Notes: a model not told the origin generated them from the letters alone. Shown: positions 27,178 through 35,900, counted from the first letter of the stretch. The stretch is DNA of 64,000 nt from Gemmatimonadaceae bacterium (GCA_036493735.1 DASXPH010000047.1:1619-65618), one strand, 5' to 3'. Numbers and translations are program-made.

Positions 27178-27924
27178 TCAGACCTCCAGTTCGCTCTTGA
27201 GGTGATCGACGATGCGCCTGCCGCACAGCCGTTCGATGCGGGTGGCGAAGGTGCGGATGGCGATCTCGTCGCCTTCCATGGCGGTCGGTACTTCGCCGAC
27301 CGCCTCCTCGCCGTAGTGGCGGAAGTGCGCCGCGGCACGCAGCACGTCAGGCGCCAGCTCCGGATGCACGGCGATGCGCTGAGCGATCAGATCGGATGCC
27401 GACTGTGCGTGACGGACCTCGTCGGCTGCGATGTAGGCCAGTAGCTCGCGCAGCTGCGGCTCGCGCGCCTGCTCGCCGAGCCGACGAAAGAAGTATGCGG
27501 CGAGATGCTCGCTGAGCATGAACTCGACGAGCGGCGACACGGGATCGCCGGGATCGAGGTCGTCGCGGCTCGCGCGCTGACGGATCCGCCGCAGCTCGTC
27601 GTTCGTGATACTGGGCTCGTAGCCAACCGCGTCGAGGTACATGCGCAAGGCGTGGAAGTGCTTGAATCCCTCGTACATCTCGAGTGAGAACACGACGCCC
27701 GCGTCCACGTCGTCCCACGCGAAGCGAATGAGACGCGAGAGATTAACGGGATGGAAAGACTCGATGAGCGCCGCGTCGCGGAGCTTCGCGAGAATCTCCG
27801 GCTGCGAGAGCGCGACGTCCCGATCGATCTGCCCCCAGTGGATGTCGCGCTCCACGGACCAAGCGGCGCGATCGGCAGCACGTGCGTGACGTACATAGAG
27901 TGAATGGGCATGTAGATCACGCAT
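27178..27924 (-). CDS. Ferritin-like diiron-carboxylate superfamily protein (oxygenase/desaturase-like)
   Basis: ATG at 27924 overlaps the stop of the ligase gene. Candidate metal ligands are LIESFH, EGFKHFH, SEHLAAY and ADEVRH. The exact family was not resolved. Confidence 0.55.
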   Translation of the reverse strand: MRDLHAHSLYVRHARAADRAAWSVERDIHWGQIDRDVALSQPEILAKLRDAALIESFHPVNLSRLIRFAWDDVDAGVVFSLEMYEGFKHFHALRMYLDAVGYEPSITNDELRRIRQRASRDDLDPGDPVSPLVEFMLSEHLAAYFFRRLGEQAREPQLRELLAYIAADEVRHAQSASDLIAQRIAVHPELAPDVLRAAAHFRHYGEEAVGEVPTAMEGDEIAIRTFATRIERLCGRRIVDHLKSELEV

Positions 27925-28828
27925 GGGCCCTCTCCTCCTGCTGCAGCTCGGGAAGCGCCGGCCAGCCCGACGCATCCGCTCCGTGCCTGACGAGGAACGC
28001 GAGCAGCCAACGCTCGAGCCCGAACGCGACACAGGCCGTCGTCACCGGCTCCCCTGTCGGCAGCGTGATGTCGAACGCGTCGCCGAAGAAGGGCCCGTGC
28101 AGATTGAACGACGACGCGGCGATCCGCCGATGTGCGGCGATCGGCAGCAGGAGCTCGTGCTTGAGCTCCATGAGTTGCTGAAGTAGCTGCTTGGCGCGAG
28201 CCGCCGGTGCGAAGAAGGGATCGGTCGCGACTTCGATCGCGCCCTGCAGCCCGAGGGTGCGCGCGAAGTCCCAGACACGATCGATCGTGCGGACGAGGAA
28301 CGCACGAGCATCATTCATCGAGCCGAGGCAGACGATCTCACGCATCGTGAACGTCCAGCCTCGCTCCAACGCGCCGTGACTGCTCTCGTGTCGCCAGCAC
28401 GCCGCCTGTGCGGTCACGAGACGTGGCGCTTCCAGCACCGATCCGGCAAGGCTGGAGTACACGTGGTAGCAGACAGCTGGGTTGAGCACCGCTTTCGGTG
28501 GCGCGAGTGCACCGCGCACCGCCAACGCCGGATCGTTATGCCCGGCGACCGCGCGGAGGGCATCGGTGTCGTCGGTCAAATGCGACGCGACGGTGAGCCA
28601 TTGTGGAAAGGAGGTGAAGTAATCGGCACGCACGAGCGTGGCGAAATCGATAGCGGGTGGAACGGACCAGTCGTCGCCGGCCTCCATTCCGCAAAGGGAT
28701 GCGATCGCCCGCTCGAGGGCGCGTGAGAGCTTCGCGACGTCTCCGCGCAACGCCGTCACGCCCGGTACCGGTTCCCATAGCTCGCCGCGCTCGCGCAGCG
28801 TCGCGATGACTCGGTCACGCGGCCACAT
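27917..28828 (-). CDS. Amino acid:[carrier protein] ligase, a truncated class-II SerRS-like enzyme
   Basis: About 303 aa with no tRNA-binding arm. Class-II-like motifs are NPAVCYHVY, CWRHESS, RGWTFTMREIVCLG, RIAASSFNLHGPFFGDAFDI and TTACVAFGLERW. It lies immediately downstream of a carrier-protein gene. The start (28828 vs 28873) is uncertain. Confidence 0.7.
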   Translation of the reverse strand: MWPRDRVIATLRERGELWEPVPGVTALRGDVAKLSRALERAIASLCGMEAGDDWSVPPAIDFATLVRADYFTSFPQWLTVASHLTDDTDALRAVAGHNDPALAVRGALAPPKAVLNPAVCYHVYSSLAGSVLEAPRLVTAQAACWRHESSHGALERGWTFTMREIVCLGSMNDARAFLVRTIDRVWDFARTLGLQGAIEVATDPFFAPAARAKQLLQQLMELKHELLLPIAAHRRIAASSFNLHGPFFGDAFDITLPTGEPVTTACVAFGLERWLLAFLVRHGADASGWPALPELQQEERAHA

Positions 28829-29102
28829 CGGCGCCTCCCGTGTCGTCCCCACGACGTGCAAAAGTGTCGGCAATCTGCCTAACGCTGCGGAAGTAGTCCA
28901 TGCGAATCCGGGAATCGGGAATGCGGATGTCGAGCGCCCGCTCCGTCCAGGCGATGAGCTTCAGGATGCGAATGGAGTTGATGAGTCCATCGGCAAAGAG
29001 CGCCGTGTCGGCGTCTATCGTGACACTCGGTGGAACAAGCGTTCTGTTGATCCACTCGACTGTGCGCGCGACGAACGACGCGTAGTCCATTTGCGCGCTC
29101 AT
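28815..29102 (-). CDS. Acyl/peptidyl carrier protein
   Basis: 95 aa. FADGLINSIRILKLI fits the phosphopantetheine attachment motif (Ser in LINS). Its ATG overlaps the reductase stop (ATGA at 29099-29102). Confidence 0.75.
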   Translation of the reverse strand: MSAQMDYASFVARTVEWINRTLVPPSVTIDADTALFADGLINSIRILKLIAWTERALDIRIPDSRIRMDYFRSVRQIADTFARRGDDTGGADVAA

Positions 29103-30202
29103 GCGGCACTCCTCGCCAAAGCGTCGACGCGTGTGGACACCATGCGATCGAGCATCGCCGGCCAGAACTCACGGACCGCGGGCGCTGGGTGACCGAGCAG
29201 AGTGTCGGCGTTCGTCGTGACGAATCGCTTGGGCAATGCGAGCTGCGGTACGAAATGCGAGAGCGCGCGGGTGATCCGCTTGAGCGACGCGTCCGCGACG
29301 TCCTCGACGGTCTGTTCGAAGAGCGCGTACGTCGCCAACTCGGCGAGCGCCGGCCGTGCGATGCCACGACGCCGCCAATCGGGGTCGCGTGCCCAGCGCT
29401 CGTACGTCACGTCGAGGAGCTCGACGAGTGGTAATGCGCCCTCACCGGCGCAGAGATGCACGGTGCGCCCATGGGCGCTTTCGGCGAGCGCGAGTCGCGC
29501 GATCGCGTCCGCGACGTAGGCAGTAGTGACGACGTCGATGGTGGATCCGGCGACACCCGGCATCATGGCGACGAGCCCGCCATACAGGAGCCGGAGCGCG
29601 CGATGCACGGCGTTCACCTGCGTCACGCGCCCATCGATGCCATCGCAGACGATGGTGCTCGGCCGGAAGATCACCCAACTTGCCGCGTCGGCGCGCACGA
29701 GCTGCTCAGCTTCGTACTTCGACTGCTCGTACGCGTTCACCCAACCGTCACTTCCGCCGCTCGGGTCTTCCGCGATCACGCCTGTGCAGCGGCCGGCGAC
29801 GAAGGCAGTGCTGACGTGCGCGACGTGTATCGCCGAGGCACACTCGTCTCCGAGCTCGAGAACGCACCTCGTGCCCGTGGTATTCACCTCGCGGGCCCGA
29901 TCGAGCGAGTTCGAAAATGTCGTATCGGCAGCGAGATGGACGATCGCCGACAGCTTGCGACATAGGAGCGCGTGGTCGTTGGGCGCGAGCCCGAGCTCCG
30001 GCACGCGCAAGTCGCCCTGGACGGGCACCACTCGGCGAACGTCCTCGAGTGCGACCGAGGCAACGGACCACCGCGCGAGATCGCGCACGAGCACGTAAAC
30101 GTGCAGGAGCGGATCGTCGGCGAGGAGTCGCGCCAATACCTGACGTCCGAGCAGGCCTGTAGCGCCGGTCAAGAGAATGGAACGTCCTGAGGTCATGGTC
30201 AT
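29099..30202 (-). CDS. Stand-alone thioester reductase-type SDR (NAD-binding, R-domain-like)
   Basis: ATG at 30202 (MTMTSGRSILLTGATGLLG). It has a YEQSK catalytic motif and VHLAADTTF..VNTTGT typical of terminal reductase domains. Confidence 0.8.
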   Translation of the reverse strand: MTMTSGRSILLTGATGLLGRQVLARLLADDPLLHVYVLVRDLARWSVASVALEDVRRVVPVQGDLRVPELGLAPNDHALLCRKLSAIVHLAADTTFSNSLDRAREVNTTGTRCVLELGDECASAIHVAHVSTAFVAGRCTGVIAEDPSGGSDGWVNAYEQSKYEAEQLVRADAASWVIFRPSTIVCDGIDGRVTQVNAVHRALRLLYGGLVAMMPGVAGSTIDVVTTAYVADAIARLALAESAHGRTVHLCAGEGALPLVELLDVTYERWARDPDWRRRGIARPALAELATYALFEQTVEDVADASLKRITRALSHFVPQLALPKRFVTTNADTLLGHPAPAVREFWPAMLDRMVSTRVDALARSAA

Positions 30203-31167
30203 GCCTCGACGGCCAGCGCCGTCCAGTGGGCGCCGAAGCCATAAGAGAAGAGGAGCAGGCGATCGCCGGGCCGCACGTTGCCGTCGTCGAGTGCGTCGCG
30301 CAGGTTGATGAAATTGTCGCCGGCGAGTGTGTGCCCGAGGCGACTGATGTTGCGGCACCAGAGTCGCTCGCGCGCGATGCCGGTGAGGCCGAGCAGGATC
30401 TCCCAGCTGCGGACGCTCACGTTGTGAGGAATCACCCAGGTGACATCGTTAGGCGACCAGTGCGCGCTGTTGAGTGTTTGGGCGATCACGTGCCGCGCGG
30501 TGGGGAAATAGGAAGCGACGATCTCGTTGCGCAGTGCGTCGCCATCCCAGTAGTAGCCCTTCGTCACGTGGGACGAAGCGACGATCCGATTGCGCTCGGC
30601 GCCCGCTTCGACCAAGAGCGCGACCGCGGCGTCGGCAGTGCAGTTGTAGATCGCCTCACGCCCCGCGCAGTTGGGGAAGAATTCCGACGAAACGCAGAGC
30701 ACGCGCTGCGCTTCGCCGGCGGCAATCAGCGAGCGCGCGATCCGGACACCGGCAAAGAGCGAGGTGCACGCCGCCTGATCGAGCGCGAGCACCGATGCTC
30801 GGTCGAGATCGAGGTCATATTGGAGGCGCGTCGCCGGATACTGGAAGCGGCGGGTGGTAGCGAGCTGACCGGCGGCGTCGGCCGCGCTTCCCGCGCGCGC
30901 GAACGCTACGGCGGGCGTGCCGCAGTAGAGCAGTGCGTCGATGCTTGCCGGAGTGATCGACCGCTCGCGCAGCAGCGACCACGCTGCCGCGAGGGCGAGA
31001 TCATAGGGCGTCTCCTCGTCGGCGACCGCGACCTCGGCAAAGCCGAGCCGCGCGAGCATGCGCGGCTCGCTCTCCAGCTCGCCGAGCGCGTGAAGCTCAC
31101 CTAACGAGCGCCGTGTGGGTGGCAGGACGTAAGCGATGCCGCTGATCCCGATCGGCGGCGCCATCAT
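30199..31167 (-). CDS. KAS III (FabH)-like thiolase-fold condensing enzyme or acyltransferase
   Basis: ATG at 31167. The active-site Cys context is DQAACTSLF and the His context is VIPHNVS. The third motif reads LGHTLAGDN where FabH has GNTSAAS. Confidence 0.8.
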   Translation of the reverse strand: MMAPPIGISGIAYVLPPTRRSLGELHALGELESEPRMLARLGFAEVAVADEETPYDLALAAAWSLLRERSITPASIDALLYCGTPAVAFARAGSAADAAGQLATTRRFQYPATRLQYDLDLDRASVLALDQAACTSLFAGVRIARSLIAAGEAQRVLCVSSEFFPNCAGREAIYNCTADAAVALLVEAGAERNRIVASSHVTKGYYWDGDALRNEIVASYFPTARHVIAQTLNSAHWSPNDVTWVIPHNVSVRSWEILLGLTGIARERLWCRNISRLGHTLAGDNFINLRDALDDGNVRPGDRLLLFSYGFGAHWTALAVEA

Positions 31168-31841
31168 GCGGCCTCCAGTACGACGACCGCGGCCACCATG
31201 CCAAGCAGGCGCGGAAGTCTCACGACATACGCACGCGCGGGCTGCCACTCGCTGTCGACGCGCACACCGGAGAGGAGGCGATCGTCGCTCGTGACGTCGA
31301 GCTCGAGCGCCGCGAATGGCAAATCTGCGTTGAGCCGAAGCGCCTTCCACGCCGCTTCCTTGAGCACCCACGCCAGCGTCGCGTCGAGGCGGCGCATGGC
31401 ACGCTCGCCCGTACCAAGAAAGAGACGGCGCTCATGAGGGGCGATGGTGCCTTCGCGCTCGACGTCGACTCCGATAGGCGTCGTCGGATCGCTGGCCGCG
31501 GCGACGGCGACACCGTCGCAGTGACCAATCGAGAGGGTGACCGCCAGCGGTGTCCACGATCCATGCGCGAGGAGCGAGCAGGTCGGCGCGCCGGCGATTT
31601 GTGTCATGAGGCAAAGCCGATTGATCGACGCGCCGCGCCGCCTTGCCACGGCGCGTTTCGCGGCGCAACGGCCGGCGAGCCAATCGCCGCGGCGTATGTC
31701 GTACCGCAGCGCGTCGTATTCACTCCGCTCAGCTGCAGTCAGGATCTCGGTCCCGATCGCGGCCCGGTGGGCAATAGCAAGTGTGAATGGGGTGCGCCCG
31801 AGTGGGCGCGCCGACCTGGCTGTCCGCATCCATCTTCTCAT
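31164..31841 (-). CDS. Sfp-type 4'-phosphopantetheinyl transferase
   Basis: 225 aa with GVDVE and WVLKEAAWKAL motifs. It is the first gene of the operon. Confidence 0.8.
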   Translation of the reverse strand: MRRWMRTARSARPLGRTPFTLAIAHRAAIGTEILTAAERSEYDALRYDIRRGDWLAGRCAAKRAVARRRGASINRLCLMTQIAGAPTCSLLAHGSWTPLAVTLSIGHCDGVAVAAASDPTTPIGVDVEREGTIAPHERRLFLGTGERAMRRLDATLAWVLKEAAWKALRLNADLPFAALELDVTSDDRLLSGVRVDSEWQPARAYVVRLPRLLGMVAAVVVLEAA

Positions 31842-31981
31842 CGTTGAGGACTGGTGCAGAATGTCCGTCCGCGCGCCCAGTCCTCATCGGGAGAGTGACG
31901 TAGCCGTGGCCCGGCGATTACGTAGGGGCGGGGCGGGGGACACGTGTCTATGTTCTCCGAGGAGCCCAACCCCAAGGTCCG

Positions 31982-34405
31982 ATGGATCGCTTGCGTCAGG
32001 ATATACGCGTCGCGCTGCGCGGCTTCCGCCGCACCCCATCGTTCACGATCACCGCCATCGCGATCCTCGCCATCGGGATCGGCATGGCCGTCGCGATGTT
32101 CACTGTCTACGACGCGGTGGTCGTTCGGAATCTGCCCGTTCCGGCGCAGGACCGGATCGTCGAGCTCTTCACCTATCGGGACAACCCGAACACCGACTAC
32201 TACCTGTTGCGCGGCGATCTGCGCCAGGTCGCGGCGGGCAGCCTAACGATGCACGACATTGCCGGCGTCGCGCACTGGGGCGAAGTAACGGCGCCATTTC
32301 TCGACGGCGACCGAACGCTCATTATCGGGCGGACATTCGTTAGCGGCAACTTCTTCGACGTGCTCGGTGCCCGGCCGCTGCTCGGCCGCTTCATGCGACC
32401 GAGCGATGACCTGCCTGGCGCCGCGCCGGTGCTCGTGCTCAGCTACAGCGCGTGGAAGCGCTTCTTCGACGCCGATCCACACGTCGTCGGCAGGAAACTG
32501 GTCGAGCCCTACTCGCGACGTGGCTTCGAGGTCATCGGCGTCGCGCCAGCGGGATTGGATTATCCCACGGGCGTCGGCGTCTGGATGCCACCCTGGCAAC
32601 CGTCGGACAATCTCTCCGTCATCGCCCTCGCGCGGATCGCGCCCGGCGCGTCGGTGCGTGACGCACAGGAGGAATTTTTCGCGAAGATGCGCCGCCTGCC
32701 CCAGATCGACGTCGGCGGTCCTCGCGACTACAAGGGTGTGCACATTCGTACCTTCACCCAGGCGGTCGTCGGCAACGTTCGGCCGACACTCGTGACGCTC
32801 ACGGCGGCTGTCGGTCTCCTGCTGCTCATCGCGTGTGTCAACGTCGGCAACCTCCTCCTCGTGCGCGCCGCGGAACGAGCACGCGAGCTCTCGATACGTC
32901 GCGCGCTCGGCGCATCATTGGGTATGATCGTCAGGCAGCTCGTGGTCGAGAGCGCGCTGCTCGGGGTTGCCGGTGGCGTGCTCGGCTTCCTCACCGCTAT
33001 CGCGCTCATCAAGCTCCTCATTGCCGCCGCGCCGCCCAAGTTGCCACGGCTCGACGACATCGCTATTGCCGGCATGCCGCTCGGCATGGCGCTTCTCGTC
33101 ACCATCGGCGCCGTGGGCCTCTTTGGTGTGGTGCCCGCGCTGCTTGGCTCGTCGTCCGAGCTCGCGTCGCCGCTGCGCTTCGATTCGCGCGCGGGACGGA
33201 CGACGCGTGGCGGCCAGCGGCTGCGTCGCACGCTCGTAGGGTTGCAGGTGGCACTCGCCCTCGTCATGCTCGCCGGCGCCGGCCTGCTCGTCCGCAGCCT
33301 CGAGCACCTCCAGAGCATCACCCTCGGTTACAACCCGGAGCACCTCACGCTCGTCGACGTGACGTTCACGCCTAACGAATACGGTGGCGTGTCCGGCAAC
33401 GTCGATCAGCGCAAGCTGAACAATCTCGCGGACCTTCTGGTGCCAGCGTGGCGGGCGATTCCGGGGGTTGCCGGCGTGACCCCGTCGCTGGTCCCGCCAT
33501 TTCTCGGACCGGGTATCTTCGTCGGCCCCGCGCTCAAAGAGGGCAACTCGCCGCAGGAGGACAAAGCCGCGCCCCAGATGCCCGTCGAGGCGGGGGGAAC
33601 GGACTACTTCCGCGTCATGGGCATTCACCTCCTGCGCGGCCGAGGCTTCACCGACGCGGACCGGGAGGATGCACAATATGTCGCCGTCGTGAGCCAGAGC
33701 GCGGCGCGGCGTCTGTGGCCTAACGAAGACCCGATCGGCAAGCGGATGCATTACTGGTCTGCGGATACGATCTGGCGCACCGTCGTCGGCGTCGCTGACG
33801 ATATTCGGTGGCGATCGCTCCGCGATCCGACGCCGACGATCTACTTGCCATGGCGACAGGCGTACTGGCAGGGGTCTTTCGCCATCCGGACGTCCGGCGA
33901 TGTCAGCGCGGTTCTCCCCGCCATCCGTCGCGCGACGCACGAGATCAATCCCGTGCTGACGGTCTGGGAGGCGCTTCCGATGGACAACCTGCTCGCGGGT
34001 CCGCTCGCGCAGCCGCGCCTCGGGGCGTTGCTTCTTGGCGCGTTCGCGTTTGTGTCGATGCTGCTGGCGGCGATTGGCCTGTATGGCGTAATGGCGGCGA
34101 TCGTGACGGCGACGACCCGGGAGATCGGCGTCCGCGCCGCCCTTGGCGCGAGCCCAGAGCGGCTGCGTCGTGACGTTCTCGCCGAGGCGTTAGGCATGGC
34201 CGGTGCGGGCGTCATGGTCGGGTTGGTCGTCGCGCTCGGCGCGTCGCGTCTGCTGTCGTCATTGCTGTTCGAGGTGAGCCCCGGCGATCCACTTGCGGTG
34301 ATTGGCGCACTCGTCGTCCTGCTCCTCGTCGCGCTCGGGGCAGCGTACATTCCAGCGCGTCGCGCGACTCGCATCGACCCAGCGACGGCGCTCCGGGCTG
34401 ATTGA
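31982..34405 (+). CDS. ADOP/MacB-like permease, paralog 2
   Basis: 807 aa. The N-terminus is MDRLRQDIRVALRGFRRTPSFTITAIAILAIGIG. It has duplicated FtsX modules and the C-terminus RIDPATALRAD. Confidence 0.85.
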   Translation: MDRLRQDIRVALRGFRRTPSFTITAIAILAIGIGMAVAMFTVYDAVVVRNLPVPAQDRIVELFTYRDNPNTDYYLLRGDLRQVAAGSLTMHDIAGVAHWGEVTAPFLDGDRTLIIGRTFVSGNFFDVLGARPLLGRFMRPSDDLPGAAPVLVLSYSAWKRFFDADPHVVGRKLVEPYSRRGFEVIGVAPAGLDYPTGVGVWMPPWQPSDNLSVIALARIAPGASVRDAQEEFFAKMRRLPQIDVGGPRDYKGVHIRTFTQAVVGNVRPTLVTLTAAVGLLLLIACVNVGNLLLVRAAERARELSIRRALGASLGMIVRQLVVESALLGVAGGVLGFLTAIALIKLLIAAAPPKLPRLDDIAIAGMPLGMALLVTIGAVGLFGVVPALLGSSSELASPLRFDSRAGRTTRGGQRLRRTLVGLQVALALVMLAGAGLLVRSLEHLQSITLGYNPEHLTLVDVTFTPNEYGGVSGNVDQRKLNNLADLLVPAWRAIPGVAGVTPSLVPPFLGPGIFVGPALKEGNSPQEDKAAPQMPVEAGGTDYFRVMGIHLLRGRGFTDADREDAQYVAVVSQSAARRLWPNEDPIGKRMHYWSADTIWRTVVGVADDIRWRSLRDPTPTIYLPWRQAYWQGSFAIRTSGDVSAVLPAIRRATHEINPVLTVWEALPMDNLLAGPLAQPRLGALLLGAFAFVSMLLAAIGLYGVMAAIVTATTREIGVRAALGASPERLRRDVLAEALGMAGAGVMVGLVVALGASRLLSSLLFEVSPGDPLAVIGALVVLLLVALGAAYIPARRATRIDPATALRAD

Positions 34406-34501
34406 TCGGTGAACGGTGGTCAGTGATCGGTGATCGATAGACCTCAGTTCACGACTCACAGCTCACCGTTCACTGTTCACCGTCCACCGACCCTACCGAC
34501 C
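34404..34501 (+). repeat. Intergenic spacer made entirely of about 14 successive 7-mers, self-complementary (terminator-like)
   Basis: The spacer reads GATCGGT GAACGGT GGTCAGT GATCGGT GATCGAT ... AGTTCAC GACTCAC AGCTCAC CGTTCAC TGTTCAC CGTCCAC. It runs from the permease stop to the next start codon. Confidence 0.75.
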
Positions 34502-35260
34502 ATGAGCGACACGAACCCGACCCGTCGTGAATTTCTGCAGCGCTCGGCTGCGACCGCGGCGCCGGCTCTGATCGGGCTGCATGCATCGCTACCATCGGGC
34601 GCAGCTCCGCTGAAGGTGGTCTGCGTCGGCGGTCATCCCGACGATCCTGAATCTGGCTGCGGCGGGGCGCTCGCTCGTTACGCCGCTGCCGGCGATTCCG
34701 TGACCATCGTCTATCTCACACGCGGCGAGCGCGGCATCGACGGCAAGTCGCTGGACGAGGCGGCGCGCATTCGCACCGCGGAGTCGGAGTCGGCGTGCAA
34801 GTTTATAGGCGCAAAGCCGGTCTTCTTTGGCCAGATCGACGGCGCGACGGAAGTCACCCATGCGCACGTCGACGCGATGACGAAGCTGCTCGCCGCCCAG
34901 CAGCCGGACGTGCTGTTCGCGCACTGGCCGGTGGACACGCACATGGACCACCAGGTTGCGAGCTTACTCACCATCCGCGCGTGGATGCAGCTCCGCAGCC
35001 CGGCACTCTACTTCTTCGAGGTAAACAGCGGCAGCCAGACCGAGGGATTCTACCCGAACACTTACGTGGACATCTCGGCTGTCGTCGAGCAGAAGAAGCG
35101 CGCGCTCTTCGCGCACGTGAGCCAGGACGGCCAGGGTATCTGGCGCGAGCACCACGCGATCATGGCAACGTGGCGTGGACGCGAAGCAGGTGTGGCCGCG
35201 GCCGAAGGTTATGTGCACCTCGATCGCGTGAGCACGACAAGCAAGCTTCCCGGGATGTGA
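34502..35260 (+). CDS. PIG-L/LmbE-family deacetylase with a Tat signal
   Basis: ATG at 34502 (MSDTNPTRREFLQRSAATAA). It has the VGGHPDDPESGCGG motif plus later HxDH. Confidence 0.8.
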   Translation: MSDTNPTRREFLQRSAATAAPALIGLHASLPSGAAPLKVVCVGGHPDDPESGCGGALARYAAAGDSVTIVYLTRGERGIDGKSLDEAARIRTAESESACKFIGAKPVFFGQIDGATEVTHAHVDAMTKLLAAQQPDVLFAHWPVDTHMDHQVASLLTIRAWMQLRSPALYFFEVNSGSQTEGFYPNTYVDISAVVEQKKRALFAHVSQDGQGIWREHHAIMATWRGREAGVAAAEGYVHLDRVSTTSKLPGM

Positions 35261-35262
35261 TT

Positions 35263-35293
35263 GCGTGGCGCGGGACGCGTGGCGCGTGACGCG
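35263..35293. repeat. Short GCGTGGC-type heptad array between convergent genes
   Basis: The sequence reads GCGTGGC GCGGGAC GCGTGGC GCGTGAC GCGAC. It is the same heptamer as at 14966-15007. Confidence 0.5.
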
Positions 35294-35294
35294 A

Positions 35295-35888
35295 CTACTC
35301 CGTGAGGAACGACAGGTCGCGCGGCAGGGCGTAGCGCTCGTAGCAATCCGGGCAGAGCCAGTTCTCCTTTGAATCTATATACCCCTGGGGACTCGCGGCA
35401 TCGATGTGCACGTTGCAAAGCGCACAGTGCTCATGGTCCCACGCTCCCTCGCGTATGCCAAGGTCTACAGCACCCTCGAGCAACTCCATTTCGACTGGCT
35501 GCCAGCCGACTATGCCGCCAAGTTGGAAATAACGCGCGGGTGCGCCCACAAAAAGGCGAGCCTCCCACCGACCCGCGAGGATCATGTCGACATGATAGCG
35601 CTGCCAGTACTGGTCGATGTACGGGAAAACACGACCAGGTACGAGCTCAGGCTCGTACTCTGCGTCGGGTGTGACAAATTCGACAATCTCGTCTGGCGAG
35701 GTTGGAACGCGTGACAGGCTGCCGTTGATCTGATACTCATCACGCGTTCCGTAAAGCGAGCCGCGGTCGTTACGGACACCGTTCAGATGCGAGAAGCGCC
35801 CAAGGAGCACCGTGGTGCCGTCCTCGTGGCCGTGTGATGCGCGAACTTCGAGAATGCTGAACTGCGGAAGTCCGGTGAGATCAACCAT
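35295..35888 (-). CDS. Hypothetical protein with a C-terminal CxxC..CxxC zinc-ribbon-like motif
   Basis: 197 aa with HEHCALCNV...WLCPDCYERY. Local G+C is clearly lower (two 60-nt lines hand-counted at 52-55%). Confidence 0.5.
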   Translation of the reverse strand: MVDLTGLPQFSILEVRASHGHEDGTTVLLGRFSHLNGVRNDRGSLYGTRDEYQINGSLSRVPTSPDEIVEFVTPDAEYEPELVPGRVFPYIDQYWQRYHVDMILAGRWEARLFVGAPARYFQLGGIVGWQPVEMELLEGAVDLGIREGAWDHEHCALCNVHIDAASPQGYIDSKENWLCPDCYERYALPRDLSFLTE

Positions 35889-35900
35889 CTGGCAGGCGTA

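Noticed and set aside
25458-27338. 626-aa version of the DUF3419 gene
   Set aside because: The N-terminal ~230 codons are Arg/Ser-rich and overlap the well-formed ferritin-like gene (26630..27175) in another frame. A start at 26639 gives a canonical BtaA-like N-terminus.
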